37,553 nucleotides of DNA from Candidatus Roizmanbacteria bacterium. GTDB taxonomy: Bacteria > Patescibacteriota > Microgenomatia > UBA1406 > GWC2-37-13. The notes below the pieces were generated by a model, which saw only the letters and a program-made list of their open reading frames with translations, made no database searches and was not told the DNA's origin. This document shows, in pieces, positions 24,746 to 32,574 of this stretch. Position 1 is the first letter of the stretch, and the number at the start of each line of letters is the position of its first letter. A program made the position numbers and the translations under genes. The stretch lies in NCBI GenBank assembly GCA_026395475.1, contig JAPLYQ010000031.1:1-37553 (forward strand), in the 5' to 3' direction.

Positions 24746-24973
24746 ATGGAAGCCATGAAAGGAAATTTTGTATATCTAAAAATTGGCAAACGAATTGCTG
24801 AAATACGAAAGAAGCAAAGCATATCTCAAGATCATCTTGCATTTATTGCTGATATGGACAGAACTTATCTCACGCGTCTTGAAAAAGGAAAGGCTAATCC
24901 CTCTGTCCGCACACTCCATAAAATTGCTCGGAAGTTAAAAGTAAAAGTATCTACCCTTCTCCGTGATATCTAA
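24746..24973 (+). CDS. XRE-family helix-turn-helix transcriptional regulator (75 aa)
   Basis: IGKRIAEIRKKQSISQDHLAFIADMDRTYLTRLEKGKANPSVRTLHKIARKLKV is the canonical HTH_3/Cro-C1 pattern. Confidence 0.85.
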   Translation: MEAMKGNFVYLKIGKRIAEIRKKQSISQDHLAFIADMDRTYLTRLEKGKANPSVRTLHKIARKLKVKVSTLLRDI

Positions 24974-25019
24974 TAACTAAACTAGATTTTTATTTTGATA
25001 AATGATATGCTGATACCAT

Positions 25020-25457
25020 ATGAAAACATCAGGATTTATGCATTCAATAAATGCATCAGAAACCCCAAAACTTCTCGCACTTCCCGTTGTAATAATTGTA
25101 TGTGCTCTCACTGTTGTTCTGGGAGGTGTTGGAGGATTTATGATGGTAAAAAAATCTCCTGTGACTACTAATAGCGCCGGAAAAGGTGTATCAGTACAAA
25201 CAGATAAAGCTGCCGGTGTTGCAGATAAAAAAACATTTAAAGATAGTGCTGAGGGAATATTAAAAGAAGGTGGACTAGAAGGCGAAGGCAACTTTCATCT
25301 AGAACGTCCTGGAGGAGTGTCACAAAATGCATATCTTACTTCAAGCACTGTTGATTTAAGTAAATATATTGGAAAAAAAGTAAAAGTATGGGGTCAAACA
25401 TTTACTGGACAAAAAGCTGGGTGGTTAATGGACGTAGGGTTAGTTGAAATTCAATAA
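25020..25457 (+). CDS. Hypothetical membrane-anchored exported protein
   Basis: N-terminal TM LLALPVVIIVCALTVVLGGVGGFMMV followed by a soluble domain of about 100 aa. No family was recognised. I prefer it over the antisense ORF 24977-25291. Confidence 0.55.
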   Translation: MKTSGFMHSINASETPKLLALPVVIIVCALTVVLGGVGGFMMVKKSPVTTNSAGKGVSVQTDKAAGVADKKTFKDSAEGILKEGGLEGEGNFHLERPGGVSQNAYLTSSTVDLSKYIGKKVKVWGQTFTGQKAGWLMDVGLVEIQ

Positions 25458-25463
25458 ATTTTA

Positions 25464-26141
25464 ATGATTCAATTTGAAAACGTAACTAAATCATATCCTC
25501 TTGGAGTTGCAGCTCTTGATGATGTGTCTTTTACCATTGAAAGAAATGAATTTACATTTCTTGTTGGTACTTCTGGTGCTGGAAAAACTACTATTCTGAA
25601 TCTCATTTTAGGAGACCTGTATCCAAACTCTGGAACTGTCATCGTAAATGATGTCGATATATCCAATAAAAAATGTAAGGGAATTGAAGACTTGAGAAAA
25701 CATATTGGAGTTGTATTTCAAGATTTTAAAATTCTTCAGGATAAAGATGTATTTGAAAATATTGCACTAGGACTTCATATCCAAAAACTTTCGATAAAAA
25801 AAATAAAAGAACAGGTAAGAGAGGTGCTTACTCTGGTTGGATTAGAGGAGAGAGATCACTATTTCCCTGTTCAACTTTCAGCGGGAGAGTTACAGCGTGT
25901 TGCGATAGCTCGTGCGCTCTGTGGCGATAGACAGATTATTTTAGCCGATGAACCAACGGGTAACCTAGATCCAAAAACAACTTGGGACATCATGAAAATA
26001 TTCAAAAAAGTAGAAGAATATAAAACGATTATTATTGCTACCCACAATACCGATGTGGTAAATAGCATGAAAAAAAGAGTTATCGTTCTTAAAAAAGGAA
26101 AATTGATTAAGGATATGAAAAAAGGAGGATATGAACTATGA
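25464..26141 (+). CDS. ftsE: Cell-division ABC transporter ATP-binding protein FtsE
   Basis: Walker A GTSGAGKTT, signature LSAGELQRVAIARAL and Walker B ILADEPTGNLD. About 225 aa. It has an ATGA overlap with ftsX. Confidence 0.9.
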   Translation: MIQFENVTKSYPLGVAALDDVSFTIERNEFTFLVGTSGAGKTTILNLILGDLYPNSGTVIVNDVDISNKKCKGIEDLRKHIGVVFQDFKILQDKDVFENIALGLHIQKLSIKKIKEQVREVLTLVGLEERDHYFPVQLSAGELQRVAIARALCGDRQIILADEPTGNLDPKTTWDIMKIFKKVEEYKTIIIATHNTDVVNSMKKRVIVLKKGKLIKDMKKGGYEL

Positions 26142-27043
26142 AACAATTATTGATATCTATACGAAGGACTCCTTTCCAATCTCTTGCTGTATTTTCATCA
26201 CTTATTCTCACACTGTTTCTTTCTCTACTTCTTATATTTTGTATTAACTTTCTGTATGGACTATTAGGATATGTTGAATCACGACCACAAGTAACTATTT
26301 ACTTTCAAAATGAAGTTTCAGAATCAAGTATTATCAATGTAAAAAACGATTTAGAAAAATCAGGAAAAGTAGAATCTGTTAAGTACATGTCAAAAAATGA
26401 CGCATATTCGTTATATAAACAATTGAATAAAGATAATCCACTTTTACTTGAAATGGTCACTCCAGACGTACTTCCTGCCTCACTTGAAATTTTTGCAAAA
26501 AAACCCGCCTACCTTCCAGAGATTGCAACCTATTTAAACGGAGTTACCGGTAAAGATGAGGTAAATTTTCAAAAAAATGTAGTTGATAAATTGCTTTCGC
26601 TTACTTCAGTAGTTCGTACTATGTCGCTCGCCTTTTTTGTTTTCCTTATGATGTCAACAATTATTATATTGATGACGATTACTCACTTTAAAGTCGCTTT
26701 AAAAAAGGAAGAAATAGAACTCCTCAGACTCATGGGGGCATCAACTGGATATGTGAGAAAGCCTTTCATGGACCAATCTTTATTCCTGGGATTTGTATCT
26801 TCCACCGTTGTTTATCTCGTTTTTGGAGGAATTCTCTTCCTTATCTATCCATCAATACAAGGGTATCTGAGTGGTATTCAATCTCTATTTGTTGACATCG
26901 GACCCTATCAACTTACCGTATGGCCATTGTCATTTTTATATGCTGGTGGTTTATATATTCTCCTTACTGGATTTGGTATGGGAATCGCAGGGCTTGCAAC
27001 CTACTTTGCCACACGAAAATACCTTGCAATCCAAAGAAGCTAA
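26138..27043 (+). CDS. ftsX: Cell-division permease-like protein FtsX
   Basis: 301 aa with TM1, a large extracytoplasmic loop and three C-terminal TMs. It is coupled to ftsE, with AGGAGG upstream inside ftsE. Confidence 0.85.
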   Translation: MKQLLISIRRTPFQSLAVFSSLILTLFLSLLLIFCINFLYGLLGYVESRPQVTIYFQNEVSESSIINVKNDLEKSGKVESVKYMSKNDAYSLYKQLNKDNPLLLEMVTPDVLPASLEIFAKKPAYLPEIATYLNGVTGKDEVNFQKNVVDKLLSLTSVVRTMSLAFFVFLMMSTIIILMTITHFKVALKKEEIELLRLMGASTGYVRKPFMDQSLFLGFVSSTVVYLVFGGILFLIYPSIQGYLSGIQSLFVDIGPYQLTVWPLSFLYAGGLYILLTGFGMGIAGLATYFATRKYLAIQRS

Positions 27044-27057
27044 GCTCCAAAAAAATG

Positions 27058-27063
27058 TATAAT
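27058..27063 (+). promoter_or_regulatory. Candidate -10 box (TGTATAAT) 5 nt upstream of the ATG at 27069
   Basis: TATAAT at 27058-27063 is preceded by TG. Only ACAGT separates it from the start codon, so a leaderless transcript is possible. Read-through from ftsEX is equally possible. Confidence 0.25.
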
Positions 27064-27068
27064 ACAGT

Positions 27069-28265
27069 ATGTCTTTTGTAAAAAAATGTACAATTTTTTT
27101 TATCTTCATAAGTGTTATTTGCGCCAGTTCTTTTGTCTTAGCACAAACGAGTGAATCTGACCAACAGAAACGCATCGATGAATTAAAACAAAAACTTACG
27201 AACATTGGAAATCAAAAAAAAACTCTCAGCTCACAGATTCAGCAGATGGATACTCAAATCTCCCTTACAACTATACAAATACAAAGCTCAGAAAAAAAAA
27301 TCATCGAGACACAAAATGAAATAGAAAAATTAGGATCGCGCATTGACAATCTCGACTCATCTCTTAATACGCTAAGTAAACTTCTTCTCAAACAAGTTGT
27401 GAGAGGATATAAAACACAATCTGTATCTCTTGTCGAAATACTATTTGAAGCACATGATATAAGCGACCTTACCAATAAAATAAAATATCAACATGCGACT
27501 CAAAATAATAATCAAAAATTATTAGTACAGGTCCAGGAAGCGAAAGCAAGTTATGAAGAACAGAAGGTCGTTCGAGAACAAAAGAAACAAGAGCTTGACC
27601 AGTTAGTAATAAGTTTGAATGCACAAAAGGATGCACTTAAAACTCAACAAGTTCAAAAAGAGAGACTTCTTGCAGAAACAAATAATGATGAAAGCACCTA
27701 TCAAACACTCCTCGCTCAAGCTGAGGCACAGTTGAAAGGTTTCGGCAGATTCGTCGCAAACCAAGGAGGTTCTTCTTTGCTTTCAAATCAAACATCATGT
27801 GATGATTGGGGATGCTACTATAACCAAAGAGATTCACAATGGGGTGGCAATTCTCTCAATAACACAGGATACACTCTTGCTTCAGACGGGTGTCTTGTTA
27901 CCTCAATGGCAATGGTTTATACACATTTTGGTCATAGAAATGTGACTCCTCAAACTATCAACAGCAACCCTTTTAATTTCGCATCTTACTATCCTGCATA
28001 TCTAAATATGACAATTGTGGCAGATGGTACAACCTCTACCCGTGTCTATTCTGCTATTGATAGCGAACTCAGTAATGGACGACCTGTCGTTGTGGGAATT
28101 AGTTATGATGGAGGACCAAATCCAGATCATTTCTTAGTCCTAATTAGTGGTTCAAATGGTGACTATAAGATGAATGATCCTTATACACAAAATGGGCATA
28201 ATATTCCTTTTACTGATCATTATTCAGTTGGTAGTATTAGGACAATAAACAAGGTTAATATGTAA
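27069..28265 (+). CDS. Secreted coiled-coil protein with a C-terminal papain-fold (Peptidase_C39_2-like) cysteine peptidase domain; putative FtsEX-controlled cell-wall hydrolase
   Basis: Signal/anchor FIFISVICASSFVLAQT. About 190 aa of Q/K/E-rich heptad-like sequence follow. The C-terminal domain has YYNQRDSQWGG, DGCLVTSMAMVY (candidate Cys) and PDHFLVLISG (candidate His). Confidence 0.55.
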   Translation: MSFVKKCTIFFIFISVICASSFVLAQTSESDQQKRIDELKQKLTNIGNQKKTLSSQIQQMDTQISLTTIQIQSSEKKIIETQNEIEKLGSRIDNLDSSLNTLSKLLLKQVVRGYKTQSVSLVEILFEAHDISDLTNKIKYQHATQNNNQKLLVQVQEAKASYEEQKVVREQKKQELDQLVISLNAQKDALKTQQVQKERLLAETNNDESTYQTLLAQAEAQLKGFGRFVANQGGSSLLSNQTSCDDWGCYYNQRDSQWGGNSLNNTGYTLASDGCLVTSMAMVYTHFGHRNVTPQTINSNPFNFASYYPAYLNMTIVADGTTSTRVYSAIDSELSNGRPVVVGISYDGGPNPDHFLVLISGSNGDYKMNDPYTQNGHNIPFTDHYSVGSIRTINKVNM

Positions 28266-28379
28266 CTTGGTTACATATACCAATAATGTGATTTAATTCT
28301 CCTTGTAGCAACTTAAAATGCAATAAATGTGGTTTATAATCCCTTGCATTGTTTTTCACAATATTTCTTAATATAAATC

Positions 28380-29639
28380 ATGTCGTATTTAGGACGCTTT
28401 TCTATTTACTTCATTATATTGTTATTTTTTATCCTTACTTATCCACTCCCAGTTAAGTCATCTATTGTTTTGAATGAAGTCGCCATCCAGCCAAATCAAG
28501 TAGTGGAGCTCTACAACACTGCATCAACAAGTGCTGATATTTCTTCTTGGTATATTGATGATGCCGGAGGAACAACCTACTATACTATTTCCTCTCAAAC
28601 CATTATTCCTCCCCAATCCTGCTTACTTTTCAGTTCGGATTTTAACTTTAATAAATCGTCAGCAGATGTTGTTCGATTATTTGATAACTCATACCCACCA
28701 ACCTCTTCTTCTGCAAAATTAATCGAACAGTATTCCTATACAAAAGCTCCTGATAGTAATTACTCATTTAGCAAGAAAAAAGATGGAGGAACTGAGTGGC
28801 AAACAACCATTTCTTCTCTTGGATTATTTAATGAAACTCTAACAAATTGTATTCCCACCACCACCCCAACTCCCCTCCCCACTGAAACTCCAGCACCAAA
28901 TCCAACTGCAACTCTAATACCTTCTTCAGAACCAACACAAACTCCTACTCCAACTCCATTAATTGATTATCAAAATATATATATTTCTGAAATATATCCT
29001 TATCCCTTAACTGGAGAAAATGAATGGATTGAGATTTATAATGGAAATAATATTCAAGTAAATTTAGATCATTGGTATATTGATGATATTGAGAATGGTG
29101 GGTCTACTCCAAAATCTTTTACTTTGGTTCTGGAACCTTTTACATATGGTGTAATAGATATGTCATCTTCACTCTTTAATAATGGTGGAGATAATGTGCG
29201 ACTGCTCAATCATGATAAGATCGAAAAGGATAGTATGGAATATGGGAAAATAACTCAAGGAAAAAGTATGGGTCGTATTTCTTTTTTAGAAGAGTCATAC
29301 TGCGAACAAGATGCATCAAAAAACACTGCAAATTCTTCCTGCATTTTAGAACCAACACAAATAGTATCTTTACAAACTACTAACAACAAAACAATGCTAT
29401 CGACACAGAAAATAGTTTCCCCGGCAAAAAAATCAACGAATTTATCCACACAACAAACAACTACTTCTGAGATGAATCCAAACTCTAAAACAGCATCTTC
29501 AAAACAAGTCGGAGAAGTACTAGGTATGCAGACAAAAGAAACGAACAATGCCTCTCTTACTCCTTATTTGTCTGGCGTTTCTTTCTCATATAGTCTTTTG
29601 ACTATTGTTTCTGTCTTCATTAAAATGAAGAATGCATAA
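28380..29639 (+). CDS. Cell-surface protein with two lamin-tail (LTD) domains, Pro/Thr linker, Ser/Thr-rich stalk and C-terminal TM anchor
   Basis: LTD-like repeats IVLNEVAIQPNQVVELYNTASTSADISSWYIDD...VVRLFD and IYISEIYPYPLTGENEWIEIYNGNNIQVNLDHWYIDD...NVRLLN. The linker is TTTPTPLPTETPAPNPTATLIPSSEPTQTPTPTP. The C-terminal hydrophobic segment is VSFSYSLLTIVSVFI. Confidence 0.65.
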   Translation: MSYLGRFSIYFIILLFFILTYPLPVKSSIVLNEVAIQPNQVVELYNTASTSADISSWYIDDAGGTTYYTISSQTIIPPQSCLLFSSDFNFNKSSADVVRLFDNSYPPTSSSAKLIEQYSYTKAPDSNYSFSKKKDGGTEWQTTISSLGLFNETLTNCIPTTTPTPLPTETPAPNPTATLIPSSEPTQTPTPTPLIDYQNIYISEIYPYPLTGENEWIEIYNGNNIQVNLDHWYIDDIENGGSTPKSFTLVLEPFTYGVIDMSSSLFNNGGDNVRLLNHDKIEKDSMEYGKITQGKSMGRISFLEESYCEQDASKNTANSSCILEPTQIVSLQTTNNKTMLSTQKIVSPAKKSTNLSTQQTTTSEMNPNSKTASSKQVGEVLGMQTKETNNASLTPYLSGVSFSYSLLTIVSVFIKMKNA

Positions 29640-30021
29640 GAAAATGGATATATTTTATTATTGGTTCCCGCCAGTTGCATGGATGGGAATTATTTTTTAT
29701 ATGTCTTCGCAAAGAAGCATCTCTCTCACATCTCACGTTACTACTGATTTTGTAACATTTAAAACTCTTCACATGATCGAATATGCGTTCCTTTTTTTTC
29801 TTTTCTATCGAGCGTTTCAGTCGTCAAAGTATATTAAAGATAATATAAGCGTACTATGCGCATTTTTTATGACAATGTTTTATAGTCTCACAGATGAATT
29901 TCACCAACTCTATATCGCAACACGTCAAGGTCGTTTGAGAGATGTTTTATTTGATGTAGTCGGCATACTTATCATGTATGTTATCATTAAGAAGATACGA
30001 CTTATCCAAAAACTGTTATGA
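29632..30021 (+). CDS. VanZ-like family membrane protein
   Basis: 129 aa with 4 TM segments. It contains SLTDEFHQLYIATRQGRLRDVLFDVVGIL (VanZ DE.HQ...R...D....G pattern). Confidence 0.7.
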   Translation: MHKKMDIFYYWFPPVAWMGIIFYMSSQRSISLTSHVTTDFVTFKTLHMIEYAFLFFLFYRAFQSSKYIKDNISVLCAFFMTMFYSLTDEFHQLYIATRQGRLRDVLFDVVGILIMYVIIKKIRLIQKLL

Positions 30022-30899
30022 ACTTTCTCTTGAATAAAATCCGTCATTTCTTCATCCCTCGTGAAGAAAATAATTATCATGCTCATTCACTTCATACAAG
30101 CATGCTTTCGGTCTATTTGCTTGTTGCTATCATGCTTGTATTTGTTAGTAAAAATGTTCCTTCTTTTTCAAATGTACTTGGAGTAGCAACGGATATTTCT
30201 ATTCCTAAATTATTAACGCTTACAAATGAAGAGCGCACAAAACTTGGTCTTCCAGCACTCCAATCAAATAATCAGCTAACTCAAGCAGCAGAAAAAAAGG
30301 CAGCGGACATGTTTAAAAAGGACTATTGGTCTCATTTTGCACCAGATGGTGGGAGTCCATGGGATTTTATTAAACAATCTGGATATCAATATGAATATGC
30401 AGGAGAAAATTTAGCAAAAAATTTTCTATATTCAAAAAATGTTGTAGATGCATGGATGAACTCACCAACACATAAAGAAAATATTGTAAAAAAAGACTAT
30501 ACAGAAGTCGGATATGCAGTGGTTAATGGTATGCTAGGAGGCGAAGAAACAACTCTTGTTGTACAAATGTTTGGAGCCCCTCTGAATAAGACAATGACAA
30601 AAACTGAGCAAGTTCCAGAATCGACGCAAAAGGATGTTCCAGTTGTACAAGAGGTTCAAAAACCAGCAGTCTTAGGGCAGTCACAAAAACAGGCTGGAGT
30701 CGTAAATGGAAAACACCTTGCTTATGACATTAACATTGTTTTCATCGCATTTATTGCGGGAGCACTTCTTCTTGATTTTACCGTTGCATCAAAACTCAAC
30801 ATACTTCATTTACGAGGAAAACATCTTGCACATTTATTATTCTTAGGATTTATAAGTTTGGGAATTCTCCTTATTCTCAAACAAGGAGCAATCCTTTAA
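30018..30899 (+). CDS. CAP/SCP (YkwD-like) domain protein with N- and C-terminal TM segments
   Basis: LTNEERTKLGLPALQSNNQLTQAAEKKAADMFKKDYWSHFAPDG...YAGENLAKNF...VDAWMNSPTHKENIVKKDYTEVGYAV matches the CAP/YkwD pattern. Confidence 0.7.
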   Translation: MNFLLNKIRHFFIPREENNYHAHSLHTSMLSVYLLVAIMLVFVSKNVPSFSNVLGVATDISIPKLLTLTNEERTKLGLPALQSNNQLTQAAEKKAADMFKKDYWSHFAPDGGSPWDFIKQSGYQYEYAGENLAKNFLYSKNVVDAWMNSPTHKENIVKKDYTEVGYAVVNGMLGGEETTLVVQMFGAPLNKTMTKTEQVPESTQKDVPVVQEVQKPAVLGQSQKQAGVVNGKHLAYDINIVFIAFIAGALLLDFTVASKLNILHLRGKHLAHLLFLGFISLGILLILKQGAIL

Positions 30900-30905
30900 T
30901 AAATT

Positions 30906-31187
30906 ATGAATCACCTTATTCATGCGGTACAGAAAGAGTTAAAAAAACACATGTTTGATTACTTACTTCTCTGTACAGGTGGTGTTATTTTTCTTCTTTT
31001 TTTACGATTATTTCAAGGATATCGAACTTATAGTTTTATGATTATTTGTTTGTTCGTTGGATTCTACGTATTCTGGGGGCAATACCACCACACAAAGACA
31101 GGAAGAGTTCGTCTCTCTCATATAGTAGAATATATCCTTATTGGATTTACTATTTTGTTTTTACTCTTGTTATTCATTCAACCATAA
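30906..31187 (+). CDS. Small hypothetical membrane protein (3 TM)
   Basis: 93 aa with three hydrophobic helices. No recognisable family. Confidence 0.45.
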   Translation: MNHLIHAVQKELKKHMFDYLLLCTGGVIFLLFLRLFQGYRTYSFMIICLFVGFYVFWGQYHHTKTGRVRLSHIVEYILIGFTILFLLLLFIQP

Positions 31188-31196
31188 CAATATACT

Positions 31197-31946
31197 ATGA
31201 AAGGAATTATACTTGCAGGAGGCTTGGGAAGTAGACTCTATCCATTAACATATGCTACAAATAAACATCTTCTTCCTGTGTATGACAAACCAATGATCTA
31301 TTATCCTATTCAAACATTGGTGAATGCAGGAATTAAGGAAATATTAATCATTGTTTCAGGACCACATTCAGGACACTTTATTCCTGTGTTAAAAAATGGA
31401 AAGGAATTTGGAGTTGAGCATATTGAATTTGCCTACCAGGAAAAGCCAGATGGAGGCATTGCAGATGCTCTTGCTATAGCGCGTAATTTTGCTGAGGGAG
31501 ACTCTATTACGGTTATCTTAGGAGACAACACAACCGATGCGGATATTTCTAAACCTGTAAAAAACTTTAAAGAAGGTGCTTCTATATTCTTAAAACGAGT
31601 ACCAAACCCAAATAAATATGGAGTACCTCGTTTTGATGAAAAGGATCCAACAAAAATAGTGGAAATACTCGAAAAACCAAAAGATCCTCCATCTGACTTT
31701 GCTGTCACTGGAGTGTATATCTATGACAAGAATGTGTTTGAGATAATCAAAACCTGTAAACCTTCATGGCGCGGAGAATTGGAGATTACCGATGTTAATA
31801 ATGCCTATTTAAAGCTTGGTAAACTCACATGGGCAGAACTTAATGGATATTGGCTTGACGCAGGAAGCTTCAACACATTATACTTAGCTAATAAATATTG
31901 GACTGAAAAGAAAAATCCGTCCATTAAAAACATTTCTATCGAATAA
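31197..31946 (+). CDS. rfbA: Glucose-1-phosphate thymidylyltransferase-like sugar nucleotidyltransferase (RmlA-like, short form)
   Basis: MKGIILAGGLGSRLYPLTYATNKHLLPVYDKPMIYYPIQTLVNAGIKEILII closely matches the RmlA N-terminus. Also EKP..P.S.FAVTGVYIYD and RGELEITDVNNAYL. Confidence 0.75.
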   Translation: MKGIILAGGLGSRLYPLTYATNKHLLPVYDKPMIYYPIQTLVNAGIKEILIIVSGPHSGHFIPVLKNGKEFGVEHIEFAYQEKPDGGIADALAIARNFAEGDSITVILGDNTTDADISKPVKNFKEGASIFLKRVPNPNKYGVPRFDEKDPTKIVEILEKPKDPPSDFAVTGVYIYDKNVFEIIKTCKPSWRGELEITDVNNAYLKLGKLTWAELNGYWLDAGSFNTLYLANKYWTEKKNPSIKNISIE

Positions 31947-31948
31947 TT

Positions 31949-32209
31949 ATGGACACAATGCAGATTTTGCTTATTATAACCCTTGGGACAACAACCGTTT
32001 TTTCTGTAATAATTGGCATTCAACTTATCCTTGTTTTGAAAGAACTCAAAAAAACATTGGCAACAGTAAACAAGATAACCACTGGTTTTGAGTCTATTGG
32101 TGTAGGAATGGAAAAGGGATTTGAAGAAATATCTGGATTTATGAATGGTTTTAAAGCACTTTTTAAGTTGTTTGAGCTCGTGTCTCCTAAAAAAAATGAC
32201 AAAAAATGA
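31949..32209 (+). CDS. DUF948-like small membrane protein
   Basis: 86 aa with N-terminal TM ILLIITLGTTTVFSVIIGIQLILVL, then LKELKKTLATVNKITTGFE... coiled segment. It is adjacent to a YtxH-like gene, as is common for this pair. Confidence 0.45.
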   Translation: MDTMQILLIITLGTTTVFSVIIGIQLILVLKELKKTLATVNKITTGFESIGVGMEKGFEEISGFMNGFKALFKLFELVSPKKNDKK

Positions 32210-32474
32210 ACCTGGTGTAAAGAACTTTTGGAATGGGTTTTTGGCAGGAGGCGCTGTTGCCGGACTCGTTTTGTATGCGTTTGGAACAAAAAATGGAAGA
32301 AATGGGCTTCGAGTGCTTCTTTCATTTTCTGAAGATTTAGATACAAATATTCATAAGATTTTCTCCCACACTCAACCTCAAAATTCAAAAAAATCAATAA
32401 AAAATCAAGGGTCAATGCTGGAGACAGTGACGACGATCCTTGATAAAATACAATATGCATCAAAACACGCTTGA
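32196..32474 (+). CDS. YtxH-like small protein
   Basis: Internal ATG at 32196 of the 32145 ORF gives MTKNEPGVKNFWNGFLAGGAVAGLVLYAFGTKNGRNG... (G-rich helix plus GxxNGR, YtxH-like). It overlaps the upstream stop by 14 nt. Confidence 0.45.
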   Translation: MTKNEPGVKNFWNGFLAGGAVAGLVLYAFGTKNGRNGLRVLLSFSEDLDTNIHKIFSHTQPQNSKKSIKNQGSMLETVTTILDKIQYASKHA

Positions 32475-32499
32475 CTTTTCTTTATATATAATGTATAAA
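32471..32499 (+). promoter_or_regulatory. Candidate sigma-70 promoter upstream of rpoB: TTGACT - 17 nt - TATAAA
   Basis: TTGACT at 32471-32476, a 17-nt spacer, then TATAAA(T) at 32494-32499 preceded by TG (ATGTATAAAT, similar to ATGTATAAT at 27055). Confidence 0.35.
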
Positions 32500-32512
32500 T
32501 AGGAGTTTTTCA

Positions 32513-32545
32513 CAACCCCCCGTATTTGAGGGGATTGTTTTTGTT
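32513..32545 (+). terminator. Intrinsic-terminator-like hairpin plus T-run between the YtxH-like gene and rpoB (terminator or rpoB leader attenuator)
   Basis: CAACCCC(32513-32519)...GGGGATTG(32530-32537) forms a stem with one bulge. The C/G core is 4-5 bp with a ~9-nt loop, followed by TTTTTGTT (32538-32545). It ends 30 nt before the rpoB ATG. Confidence 0.45.
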
Positions 32546-32574
32546 ATCATAAAATTTTGCTCTACCAAAGAACG

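Noticed and set aside
28255-28280. Inverted repeat tatgtaac-ttg-gttacata spanning the stop codon of the 27069-28265 gene, as an intrinsic terminator
   Set aside because: The 8-bp stem is AT-rich with a 3-nt loop and no following T-run. That is too weak to call a terminator.
32557-32574. TTG at 32557 as the rpoB start, as in the ORF track
   Set aside because: An in-frame ATG at 32575 follows 6 codons later. The extra residues (LYQRT) have no counterpart in RpoB N-termini. The choice remains uncertain without ortholog alignment.
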